Shown: positions 11,673 through 21,223 of the stretch, in pieces
How positions within the stretch are numbered: position 1 is the first letter of the stretch
Layout: each line of letters starts with the position of its first letter
Assembly: GCA_050952085.1 (NCBI GenBank)
Contig: JBMNKH010000003.1
Span: forward strand, 38,626-102,625
DNA length: 64,000 nt
Direction: 5' to 3'
From: Bacillota bacterium
GTDB lineage: Bacteria > Bacillota > Sulfobacillia > Fermentithermobacillales > Fermentithermobacillaceae
Notes under the pieces: generated by a model
The model's input: the letters and a program-made list of their open reading frames with translations, nothing else
Told to the model about the DNA's origin: nothing
The model's database searches: none
Made by a program: the position numbers and the translations under genes

Positions 11673-12648
11673 ATGAGGAAGTATCTACAACTAGTATATG
11701 TCTCTTTAGCCCTGATTCTTTGTTTGGTTGGCACTTCGGTTGTCACTGCGGCGAATGGCAGAGTACTAACGGCGACACTCTCTTTCTCAAAACCCGTCTA
11801 TCTTGGGTCATTAGCGGAACATATTCTCAAGTATCCTGGGCTCGCTGTGGCAGAGGTGCGTTACACATACCCGGGCGAGACACCGGTTGTTCGGGGGCAT
11901 CTTGCCGCCCCAGGGTCTTTCTGCAGTTGACGCACTTGAATACGTCCGCGATTTCTACAGAAACATGGTACTGGCTCTCCACGAAGGAGAGGCAGCGAAA
12001 CGGGCCACTAACCTCGAACAGCGACTACTGGATTTGGAGACACATGGCGTTCCGATCTATGGTATCGCGCTAAGAGGACCGGCGAACATTCTCAGGTCTC
12101 TACAGATGGATACGCATGCCGATTTCGCTTCGTTCACTGATAGAGAGAGAGCAATACCTGCCAAGTACATTGAGTACCCAAAGCCAACGCGTCCCCGCGC
12201 CGAGAGTGTGGAATCTGCTGAAACCACAATAGTGGAAGGTGACGCAGCGTGGTCTCCAGCCTACGGCGTTGCCACCACGTATACCGACCATGAAGGGTGG
12301 CGCTGCATCTACAATGAGTTCACATGGCTAGGCACGTCTGTCCTGGAGTTCGCGTCCAACGAAGGTTACGAGCATGATTTCGTTACCAACAACTACGATG
12401 GTCTTCACTGGGCGGCAGGCCTTCGAGGTACTTCAGGGTTGGGATGGGAGTCGAATCTTCCAAATGCGTATCTGGATTACGCTACTATTGATGACGATCC
12501 TGAAGAGCCAGTATACACCGTTGGAACGTTCACCGGTAATCAGCTCTATTCCAACACCGACTACTACACTTTCATAAGAGCGTATCCGGGCAATGCCTCA
12601 TCGGATACCGCCAAATTAGTGGGTCAGCCCTTTTCGGATCTGTCATAA
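11673..12648 (+). pseudogene. Putative secreted protein split by a frameshift near 11890-11915
   Basis: AGGAGG SD, signal-peptide-like MRKYLQLVYVSLALILCLVGTSVVTA, overlapping continuation ORF 11887-12648. Confidence 0.55.
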
Positions 12649-12663
12649 GCCACGGTTTTCGAC

Positions 12664-12981
12664 CTACTCCAATATTTCCCCCATTCGTAGGGCCCTGCCC
12701 ACCAAAAGCCGTTCTTTATCCGGGCAGTAACCGTACCTAAGGGCTGGCACCACACCAAACTTGCTATCAGGGAATTCTATACTGGCAGTCTTGCCTTCAA
12801 CACTCCCTCTGGTCTGACCATATCCAGTATAAATGTATCCTTCCCATGCCACGTTTCCTTCTGAATCAATTACTTCATTTAAGGACAACAGTCGGGTGAG
12901 CGGTGTTGAGGAATTCATTGTATATTTCGATGTAATTCTTAATCTCCCAATACTCGTGATTAATACCGACGTTACTGCCAC
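12664..12981 (-). pseudogene. Hypothetical protein fragment
   Basis: 105-codon ORF with no clear start or SD and no recognisable family. Confidence 0.25.
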
Positions 12982-13220
12982 ACAGTAAACTTGTTACCGC
13001 CGCATGCTCACAGCATCTATGCCCCGAACGAGGGGGTTCAAATTCTCACACACGGAGAGAGGCGGAGATAGTAAGTCAAACCTTTCCTGTAATACGCTAT
13101 GCCTAGAAGTTAGGACGGGGCATGGCCGTGCTCATTTGGTTCCCGTACATGGTACTTAGTAATGGTGACCACGTCTTTCTCATGGCAGAAGCCCCCCTTA
13201 GCTTCGGGTGTGGACTTGCA

Positions 13221-13500
13221 TCAGAAGAAGAAACCTTTGGGCAAACTTAGCATATTTGATGTTATGTTCTGGATCATGTGAATCATGATCGGAAATACCA
13301 AGCTGCCGCCAAGGGTGGGCGAGTAGAGCGTGCTTAACCAAATACCGGAAAGGAAAGCCGAGAACGGGTTCCTATGCCCTAACGCGAATATCGCGCTGGA
13401 AACAATCGCAGCGGGCCAAAAACCAACAATTGTACACAGACGATTCAGCAGGAACCCACGGTACAAGAGTTCCTCTTTGATAGGAGCTAGAAAATAAGGA
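13221..13500 (-). pseudogene. CPBP/Abi (CAAX protease family) intramembrane metalloprotease, 5' truncated
   Basis: EELLYRG, FALGH and H..QN motifs. Confidence 0.8.
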
Positions 13501-13503
13501 ACC

Positions 13504-14100
13504 TTGTGGGAAACAAAGGATTTCCGTGCATGGTTAACCAAGCAACCGCAGAACCTACAATATCCAGTCCAAAACATTATCGGATCTAATAAGGACTCGG
13601 AAGTAATTGTCGTGGTCCTCTCCCCTGACAGATACAGGGAGTGGCTGGAACTATACACCAATGAGTCAACAAGAATAATGGTTGCCGAATCGTCCATTGT
13701 AGTACCGAGGAGCTTCCTTCCCATTGAAGTGACTCGCCATCTATCTGCTAGTGAGGTACAATATGGCTATACCTCGAGCGATGAAGCTGTCATTGTGACT
13801 CTATCTGGTGATGAATGGGTAAAATGTCCCTACTGCCAGATCCTTGTATCAGCCCTTATAGGTTGGGCGCTCGGTCGCTTTGTATTTGATCCCTTGTGGA
13901 ATGCGATGGAGGCGGAATGGAGGAAGCATTTCACTTCCAAGGACTGTCCTCATAGCTGGAGTCTGACAGCCGAGACCTATGAAAGATGCGCATCCTGTAA
14001 TTACGGACATCTTAGTTTGCTCTCGAATTGGGGATATTCTATCGAAGTCCGGTGCGATGCCTGCGGAGATAGAGATATTCGCTGGAATCCACTCTACTAG
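13504..14100 (+). CDS. Hypothetical Cys-rich protein, probably 5' truncated
   Basis: 198-codon ORF with CPYC, CASC and CDAC; followed by a hairpin. Confidence 0.5.
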   Translation: MWETKDFRAWLTKQPQNLQYPVQNIIGSNKDSEVIVVVLSPDRYREWLELYTNESTRIMVAESSIVVPRSFLPIEVTRHLSASEVQYGYTSSDEAVIVTLSGDEWVKCPYCQILVSALIGWALGRFVFDPLWNAMEAEWRKHFTSKDCPHSWSLTAETYERCASCNYGHLSLLSNWGYSIEVRCDACGDRDIRWNPLY

Positions 14101-14118
14101 TTTGAGTAAACAGACTGT

Positions 14119-14150
14119 GGCACTCGTCAGACTCTGACGAGCGCCTTATT
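14119..14150 (+). terminator. Hairpin terminator
   Basis: GGCACTCGTCAG-ACT-CTGACGAGCGCC followed by TTATT. Confidence 0.55.
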
Positions 14151-14383
14151 GATAAGGTGCTGCGGTCGGCCAGGTAAGGGCATGGCCACGGCTGTTCAAG
14201 AACCGAGGGTAGGTGACAGGACAGCCAACTGTAACAATAACCGAGGTAAGAATGCTATATTTAGACTAATCAACATGCTAAAAATAATGTAATAAGATGA
14301 GTAGGCATAGACTTTTAAGCGACAAATAAAAATTTATTGAGCTGTTCTGAACACAGCTTGTTATATGCCTTAAACGAGAAATA

Positions 14384-14931
14384 ATGGCCGATACAATGAA
14401 TGATTTCTATACAAGGAAAGGGATCCCACCTCTATTTAAAGCATCAAAGAATGCCCGAATTGCCGTAGTTGGGCAAGCACCAGGGCGAAAAGCAGAAGAA
14501 ACTCAATTGTTCTGGAATGATTTAAGTGGCGACCGCCTTCGGGAATGGATGGGGGTATCTAGTCAAGAATTTTATGAGACCGACCGTATTGCCCAGTTAC
14601 CCATGGATTTCTACTACCCAGGTAAAGCCAAGCAAGGGGATCTGCCACCCCGCAAGGGATCGCAGAAAAATGGCATCCCCGGTTGCTGGCAGAAATGCCA
14701 AGCATAGAAACGATAATCCTCGTTGGAAGTTACGCGCAAAAATACTATCTTGCTGAAAGAAGGGAGAAAAACTTAACTGAAACGGTAAAGAGCTTTAAAA
14801 ACTATCTGCCACAATACTTGCCATTGGTTCATCCTTCTCCACTAAACATCGGGTGGTTCAAACGGAACCCATGGTTTGAAAGCGATGTTTTACCTATCCT
14901 AAAAGAAATAGTGAGAGGAAGTCTAAATTAA
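14384..14931 (+). pseudogene. Uracil-DNA glycosylase family protein, frameshifted near 14660
   Basis: VGQAPG, WND.SGDRLR.W, MDFYYPG, GDLPPR in one frame; EKWHP, LVG.YAQ, PLVHPSP.N in the next. Confidence 0.85.
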
Positions 14932-15107
14932 GACTATGTCACCTGCAACCCCCGCCACCCTGGCACGGGACTTGAAACCCTGGAGGAACGGAGTATCTGG
15001 CCCAGGAAGTTCAGCCCATAGGCATGTTCCCTTACATGAGTCGTGAGGAGTGCGTTGCCTGTTGGCAGTCTTTAATTGGCGCTTTGGGGCGAATTGGAGG
15101 GATAACA

Positions 15108-16646
15108 ATGAAAACGTATGAAGCAGCGCGCCCAGCATTCAGGAAGCGCGCCACAAGTATCCTCATAATCGCGGCCTTTGTCATCGGCTTCTTTGGCGCA
15201 GCCGCCCTTGCCCTATATTTGCCGGACAGAAAAATAAAGACTCATTCATCGGCGGAAGAGTTCGCGGCTTTTCTGGATTATAGAGCCCCGAAGCTGATGG
15301 GGCTGTACGGAATACCAGGAGCTAGTATCGCCCTTGTTAGAGACGGGCAGATTGTATATTCGGCAGCCTACGGTGAAGCTAACCAAAAGTCTGGACAGAA
15401 AATGACGGTAGGCATGCCTATGCGCGTTCAATCCATATCAAAATCTGTAACAGCGTGGGCTGTACTGAAGCTGGCGGAGGAAGGGAAGCTGAATCTGGAA
15501 GATCCTGTCGAAACATACCTCAAGGGATGGAAGTTGCCTGCTTCAGACTACCCACCGAATGGTGTGACGATTAAGCGGCTGCTCTGCCACACTGCAGGAA
15601 TGCCCCTTGGCGATGTTTTTGCGCTTTACTCCCCGGATGAGGCTATGCCTTCTCTGAAAGAAAGCCTGACCCATTCGGCAATCCTGTTTCAAATACCGGG
15701 AAAAGGATTTTCCTATTCCAATGTCGGGTATAACTTACTGGAGCTTATGATTGAAGAGGTTACGGGAAGGGACTTTGCCGAATATATGAAAAACGAGATC
15801 CTCTATCCCCTCGGCATGTATCATTCGGATTTCGAATGGAGTGAAGAAACTCTGAGTTCCGTGCCCCTTGGGTACACGCTGGATGGTACGCCGGTCCCCC
15901 CCTATCGTTACCCTGAAAGGGCGTCAGGAGGATTGATCGCTACGGCGGAGGATATCGCCCGTTTTTGCATCGCGGGGATGCCGGATTTTTCTGATCAACG
16001 GGTACTTGCCCGCCCTTCCATTGAACAACTCTATTTTGAGCAGGCTGACAGCCTTGGAATATATAGCGCGGTATTTGATGCCTACGGCTTTGGCTATTAT
16101 ACTGAGGAGCTTTCGGACGGTAAAGTTGCGGTGTCCCACGGCGGGCAGGGAACTGGCTGGATGAGCCATTTCCATGCGGTGCCAGAAACGGGAGATGCGA
16201 TTGTGATTTTAGCAAACAGTCAGCGGAGCTGGCCGTTCATCTCAAGCCTCTTGAACGGATGGGCGCGCTGGCGTGGATTCTCTCCGCCCGGCATGGCGCG
16301 TATCCTCTTAGGGGAATGTTTTTTATGGGGATTAGTTGGTCTGACCATCTCAGTAACACTATGCCTTATAGCGGGTATTGTCAGGAAAATTATGAAGGCC
16401 AACCTACGGTCCAATCCCTGGCAGCAAAATGCGGTGAAACCAGCACTCATATTCAAAATAGGAATTTCCCTTTCGATACTTGCTATTCTTTTGTGGGCTA
16501 TTTGTCAAAAATACTTGTTCCTGACTTCCGTATTTCCGGTTTCATCGATATGGCTAGGGGTGTGCGCCGCCGCGTTTTCGTTGACTCTACTCATAGAGCC
16601 GTTTTTGCCAAAAATGATTAGTAGCGTTAATAAGATCAAGGGTTAA
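15108..16646 (+). CDS. Membrane-anchored serine hydrolase, beta-lactamase/AmpC-like family
   Basis: SISK (SxxK), LL.HTAG, YSN, HGG; N-terminal TM and three C-terminal TMs; GGAGG SD. Confidence 0.9.
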   Translation: MKTYEAARPAFRKRATSILIIAAFVIGFFGAAALALYLPDRKIKTHSSAEEFAAFLDYRAPKLMGLYGIPGASIALVRDGQIVYSAAYGEANQKSGQKMTVGMPMRVQSISKSVTAWAVLKLAEEGKLNLEDPVETYLKGWKLPASDYPPNGVTIKRLLCHTAGMPLGDVFALYSPDEAMPSLKESLTHSAILFQIPGKGFSYSNVGYNLLELMIEEVTGRDFAEYMKNEILYPLGMYHSDFEWSEETLSSVPLGYTLDGTPVPPYRYPERASGGLIATAEDIARFCIAGMPDFSDQRVLARPSIEQLYFEQADSLGIYSAVFDAYGFGYYTEELSDGKVAVSHGGQGTGWMSHFHAVPETGDAIVILANSQRSWPFISSLLNGWARWRGFSPPGMARILLGECFLWGLVGLTISVTLCLIAGIVRKIMKANLRSNPWQQNAVKPALIFKIGISLSILAILLWAICQKYLFLTSVFPVSSIWLGVCAAAFSLTLLIEPFLPKMISSVNKIKG

Positions 16647-16779
16647 CGGAATAGACTGTGATCGGCGACTTAACGCAATTTGGGGAGTTTATAGGGTGTT
16701 ACCCTCGATAAATGTTCATGGGAACATTGCTAGTTAATCATTTTATAGGGAGGAAACAACCATGCTCTCAAGCGCAAAG

Positions 16780-17070
16780 CCTTAAACTCCATAAAATATT
16801 AACCAATTATTTAAAAAATATCCGTAGGCCTGAAGTTAAAACAGATAGATTTTTTACTACTAATAAAACAGGCAGGGTAAGCAATAATTATGTCAATGGA
16901 TGCATTAGGAATGCGGTAATTAAGCTGGATTGGGACAAAGAGATAAGTGCCCATAATCTTCGACATTCTTTTAGCAGTAACTTACTTGAAAAGGAGAGCA
17001 TCCGTTGTAAGTATTCAAAAGTTGCTAGGTCATTCAAACTTGGCGGTAACAACCGATTTATACGGCAAAA
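16780..17070 (+). pseudogene. Tyrosine recombinase/integrase C-terminal remnant
   Basis: ISAHNLRHSFSSNLLEK, then ASVVSIQKLLGHSNLAVTT in a shifted frame; N-terminus absent. Confidence 0.85.
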
Positions 17071-17088
17071 GCAACAAAAATTATTGAG

Positions 17089-17787
17089 ATGATGAAGTTC
17101 CAAACTAGAAATGAAGTTGCAGAAAAATTGAATTATAAGACATGGAAAAGCCTGGACATGTACATGAGAAGAAAAAACTTTATTTATGATAGCAGTCAAG
17201 AGCAATATGTACCGGTGGAAATGAGAGAGAAGAAAGAAAAGGGATTTAATCTGCGCTCTGCACCGGATAAAGTTAGAAAAATAATAGAAGCCTTTGCAAA
17301 GGAAAACCCCGACCCAAAGGAAATTGCAAAGCAAGCAGGATTTAGTAGTCATAAAGAAATGGCAGAGTATATGAAGGTGAAAGGTTTTGAATGGAATGTT
17401 TATAGAAATAATTATATAAAAATCACAGGATTTAAGGAAAACGAAATTGACATAGAGCTTCAAGAAGAATGTGATAAAACTATTGAAGAATCCTCTGTTG
17501 CAGAGTTTATTCCTTTTATTAAATTTCTATATGATAAAAGGGAAAAGGTCTATCAGATAATAGATGGAGTTAGGGAAGATGGCATGATACCCAAATATGC
17601 AATTCCAGGACACTCAAGAAGTAAAGCTGTTTATATGAGCGAAAAATTGGCTAATACAGTAGGAGATTTTAGCAAGGAAAAAAACATAACACAGCGAGAA
17701 ATTATAGAAACTGCCTTAGTAGAATATCTACAGAAATATAGCTTCAAGCAAGAAGTAGAAGCATTACTCCAAAATCGCTCTTGGTAA
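17089..17787 (+). CDS. Hypothetical low-GC protein next to the integrase remnant, possibly DNA-binding
   Basis: Clean 232-codon ORF; two similar short units (EVAEKLNY..W / EIAKQAGF); C-terminal ..REIIETALVEYL. Confidence 0.7.
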   Translation: MMKFQTRNEVAEKLNYKTWKSLDMYMRRKNFIYDSSQEQYVPVEMREKKEKGFNLRSAPDKVRKIIEAFAKENPDPKEIAKQAGFSSHKEMAEYMKVKGFEWNVYRNNYIKITGFKENEIDIELQEECDKTIEESSVAEFIPFIKFLYDKREKVYQIIDGVREDGMIPKYAIPGHSRSKAVYMSEKLANTVGDFSKEKNITQREIIETALVEYLQKYSFKQEVEALLQNRSW

Positions 17788-17901
17788 AGCACCATTTTTG
17801 TTACCATCATTGCAAAACCTTTGTATATTATATACTAATGTAACATATATTTTTTCGGCTTATTGTAGATGATATAGTAGTAAGTTATAAGCATAAATAA
17901 G

Positions 17902-17945
17902 AAGCCCTCAAACCCTTGTGTTTACGGGGGTTACAGGGCTTTTTC
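17902..17945. terminator. Hairpin terminator at the island edge
   Basis: AAGCCCT..AACCC...GGGTT..AGGGCTT followed by a T run, between convergent genes. Confidence 0.55.
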
Positions 17946-17986
17946 ATTCCACATTTTAGCAGGATTTTGTGTGCTATTAAGTGCGC

Positions 17987-18814
17987 TCAAGACCTTCCGA
18001 GTTCAGTACACCTGGCCAAGATCGTCATGTAGCCGAAAGCCCTCCGGACGACTTCGGCTGTGGCTTCCTCAGGCCCTCCCGGCAGGAAGCTGCCGCACAC
18101 TGCCAGCGCGAATGGCCGGTCAGGAGTGGGATAGATGATACCTGCGTCCACCGAGAGATTGCCCAAACCACCGGGCTTATTGGCTCTCTTCACGTCTTGG
18201 GGCAGTCCCAGGGTGAACGGTCCTGTCTTAGGCAAAGATAAGATGGAGAGCACATCTTCGGCGACGCCTTCGGAAACGCCGTCCCGTTCTTGGATCTTGG
18301 CAACCAGTGTTGCCAGCTCCCCGGGTGTGGAGACGTTCTCGTCTCCGCGTCTCGCTGCCTCTATATCCATCATCTTGCGGCGAAGCATCGTGTTCTCGAG
18401 CCCCAAAGACTTCATGGTTTCGTTCACAAAGTCCATGGTAGCGAGATCGATGCAGATGTTAGTGGCGGTGTTGTCCGAGAGGGATATCATGAGACCCGCC
18501 ACATCGCGGATGGCGATATCGGCCTTGTAGGTGAAGTGGCCGAGCACTCCGCTCCCTCCCACCTTATCCTTGTCTTCTACCACCACTCTCTGAGACCAGT
18601 CCAGGTCTCCCCGGTGAACACGGATTGCCACACCGAGCAAAATGGGGATCTTGATGGTGCTGGCCGTTGGAAACAGTACGTCTTCCCGGAAACCGGCCTT
18701 CCGTCCCGTCTTGAGGTCGCGGATGGAGTAGCCCATGACGCCGGTTTTCCGGCAGACTTCTTCCAGTTCAGTGGCCATCTTAGTCCAAATTAAGTCCAAC
18801 GATTTCTCGCTCAC
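17987..18814 (-). CDS. Class A beta-lactamase-like serine hydrolase (no signal peptide)
   Basis: FPTASTIK (SxxK), SDN, N.STP, KPG in place of KTG. Confidence 0.88.
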   Translation of the reverse strand: MSEKSLDLIWTKMATELEEVCRKTGVMGYSIRDLKTGRKAGFREDVLFPTASTIKIPILLGVAIRVHRGDLDWSQRVVVEDKDKVGGSGVLGHFTYKADIAIRDVAGLMISLSDNTATNICIDLATMDFVNETMKSLGLENTMLRRKMMDIEAARRGDENVSTPGELATLVAKIQERDGVSEGVAEDVLSILSLPKTGPFTLGLPQDVKRANKPGGLGNLSVDAGIIYPTPDRPFALAVCGSFLPGGPEEATAEVVRRAFGYMTILARCTELGRS

Positions 18815-19299
18815 GGCTTTCCCCTTTCGGGGATTCAGCTCCTTTCTATCAGATTTCTAAAGTAAACCTTTTGACCAATCTTGCGTTTCGATACTGCAAC
18901 TTGCTTCTCCAGTACGGTTTCTTCTTTTGAGTCCGGATATCCTGCCGACCTGGGGCTGTTGGCCCGCTTTCCGACTTCCACAAGAAGATACCTCATCAAA
19001 CGGCTCACTGGATTCTTCAAAAAACCAGCATAAGCGCATTCACAGAAAGAAGGATTTCCACAACCCATATTGAAGATTGAAGATTGGTATATGAATCAAT
19101 TGATGAACCATGAACAAATGAACCATGAATGGACATTGGACTGCATAACGTATAACTCATGCAACTCACGCGACACGAGTCTGTCTGAATTCACTGCAGA
19201 GGGTGGGCAAACCCGCCTAGTGGCCGGAAACCCACCCGGTAGTCGGAAACCACGTCCAACAAGACACAAGACTCGGACAATTTACCGGAGGTGAGCTAA

Positions 19300-20931
19300 G
19301 TGGCCAACGCAATCTTCAAGATTGACAAGCCTCAGAACGAGCCCGTGCTGTCCTATGCACCGGGCACCAAGGAACGGGCGGAACTGAAAAAGCGCCTTGT
19401 AGAGCTAAGAGAGCAGCAAATCGAAATCCCACTAATCATCGGTGGCAAGGAGGTCCGGACTGGAAAAACAGGGAAGTGCATAATCCCACATAACAAGAGC
19501 CGCGTAATCGGCACATACCACATGGCCGGTGAAGGGGAAGTGAAAGCAGCCATTGACGCCGCTTTGGCTGCACGCCACGAGTGGGAGTCTATGCCGTGGG
19601 AACACAGGGCTGCCATCTTCTTGAAAGCAGCTGAAATGATCAGCGGGCCATATAGAAGCACTATCAATGCAGCCACAATGCTCTGCCAGAGCAAGACTGC
19701 ATATCAGGCTGAGATTGACGCAGCTTGCGAACTTGCCGACATGCTCAGGTTCAATGCGTATTTCATGAATGAGATCTACAAAGAGCAACCTGAGTCTACC
19801 AAGGATACGTGGAACCGCATGGAATACAGGCCCCTAGAGGGATACATCTTTGCGGTGACGCCTTTCAACTTCACTTCTATTGCAGGCAACCTTCCTACAG
19901 CGCCGGCTATGGCAGGTAACGTGGTTGTGTGGAAACCCGCTTCCTCAGCAGTGTATTCCGCGTATCACGTGATGAGGATCCTGCAAGGGGCGGGGCTTCC
20001 CGACGGTGTCATAAACTTCATACCGGGCCCCGGGAGCGTAGTAGGAGAAGTTGCTTTTGCAAACCCGTGGTTTGCAGGGCTACACTTTACCGGCTCAAGT
20101 GAAACCTTCCAGTCTATGTGGCTTACTGTGGCAAAGAACTTGCCCAATTACAGAACTTACCCCAGGCTGATAGGGGAAACCGGCGGCAAAGACTTCGTGT
20201 TTGCACATCCGTCAGCTGACATAAAGGCGCTGGTGACCGCACTTGTCAGGGGCGCATTTGAGTTCCAGGGCCAGAAATGCTCAGCTGCTTCCAGGGCGTA
20301 CATCCCGGAAAGCATCTGGCCTCAGGTAAAGCAAGGACTGCTTGATGACATGGCTACCATCAAAATGGGCGATGTAGAGGATTTCACCAACTTCATGGGG
20401 GCGGTGATCGACGCCAATGCTTTCAAGTCGATAAAGGGCTACATCGACTACGCAAAGGAATCGCCTGAGGCTGAGATCATATGTGGTGGGACGTGCGATG
20501 ACAGCGTTGGCTTTTTCATTGAACCAACTGTGATTGTCACCACTAACCCGCGGTTTAAGACTATGGAGGAGGAAATCTTCGGCCCGGTGCTTACCGTCTA
20601 CGTTTACAAAGATGAAGACTTGGACAAGACGCTGGAGCTTTGTGATACCACGTCCGTTTACGGGCTTACAGGAGCTGTATTTGCTCAGGACAGGAACGCC
20701 ATTGTGAAAATCGAAAAGCGGCTGGCTCACGCGGCAGGCAACTTCTACATTAACGACAAACCTACAGGAGCAGTAATCGCCCAGCAGCCTTTCGGCGGTG
20801 CCAGGGCATCGGGTACCAACGACAAAGCAGGGTCGAAGCTAAACATGATGCGATGGGTAAGCCCCAGGGCTATCAAGGAACTCCTGAACCCGCCGGTTGA
20901 TTACAGGTATCCGTTTATGCAGGAATCCTAA
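19300..20931 (+). CDS. pruA: L-glutamate gamma-semialdehyde (1-pyrroline-5-carboxylate) dehydrogenase
   Basis: NEPVLSYAPG, PFNFTSI, HFTGS, GETGGKDF, FEFQGQKCSAASR, QQPFGGARASGTNDKAG. Confidence 0.96.
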   Translation: MANAIFKIDKPQNEPVLSYAPGTKERAELKKRLVELREQQIEIPLIIGGKEVRTGKTGKCIIPHNKSRVIGTYHMAGEGEVKAAIDAALAARHEWESMPWEHRAAIFLKAAEMISGPYRSTINAATMLCQSKTAYQAEIDAACELADMLRFNAYFMNEIYKEQPESTKDTWNRMEYRPLEGYIFAVTPFNFTSIAGNLPTAPAMAGNVVVWKPASSAVYSAYHVMRILQGAGLPDGVINFIPGPGSVVGEVAFANPWFAGLHFTGSSETFQSMWLTVAKNLPNYRTYPRLIGETGGKDFVFAHPSADIKALVTALVRGAFEFQGQKCSAASRAYIPESIWPQVKQGLLDDMATIKMGDVEDFTNFMGAVIDANAFKSIKGYIDYAKESPEAEIICGGTCDDSVGFFIEPTVIVTTNPRFKTMEEEIFGPVLTVYVYKDEDLDKTLELCDTTSVYGLTGAVFAQDRNAIVKIEKRLAHAAGNFYINDKPTGAVIAQQPFGGARASGTNDKAGSKLNMMRWVSPRAIKELLNPPVDYRYPFMQES

Positions 20932-21223
20932 GCGGTGCCGGCGTCTTGGAAGGGCGCAAGCAGGCCAACTTTGGCAAACTTTACATCATAAGACACGGTG
21001 AACACTGTACAGATGCAGTTGTCGATGTTCAAGCCATGTGGCACTATGAAAGTAAGCCAATGAGTGAAGAATTTCACAAATACAACACCTAGGGAACTCA
21101 CAAGACGGCAAGCGAGGGTTTTCGTTGTCGGCTCACGGTTGATCTCGCAGTGAACTGCAATGGTTAGGCAAGGCAGTATAGGAATTACAGGCAAATCGGA
21201 AAACCTAGCAAGGGAGGAATAAT

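Larger units (their letters stand above)
10049..17960. mobile_element. Decayed tRNA-anchored genomic island / integration hotspot; boundaries approximate
   Basis: Begins at the tRNA 3' end; mosaic of truncated and frameshifted genes; integrase remnant and AT-rich block at the distal end; no attR found. Confidence 0.55.

Noticed and set aside
13030-13050. GGTTCAAAT as a tRNA-derived attR
   Set aside because: Only 9 bp match; the flanks do not match the tRNA-Pro 3' end
17830-17860. dif/Xer-like site near the integrase remnant
   Set aside because: Only weak similarity to XerD arms within AT-rich sequence
19195-19260. c-di-GMP-I riboswitch (GGGCAAACC)
   Set aside because: The GAAA-capped P2 and GCAAAG/P3 elements are not in the expected arrangement
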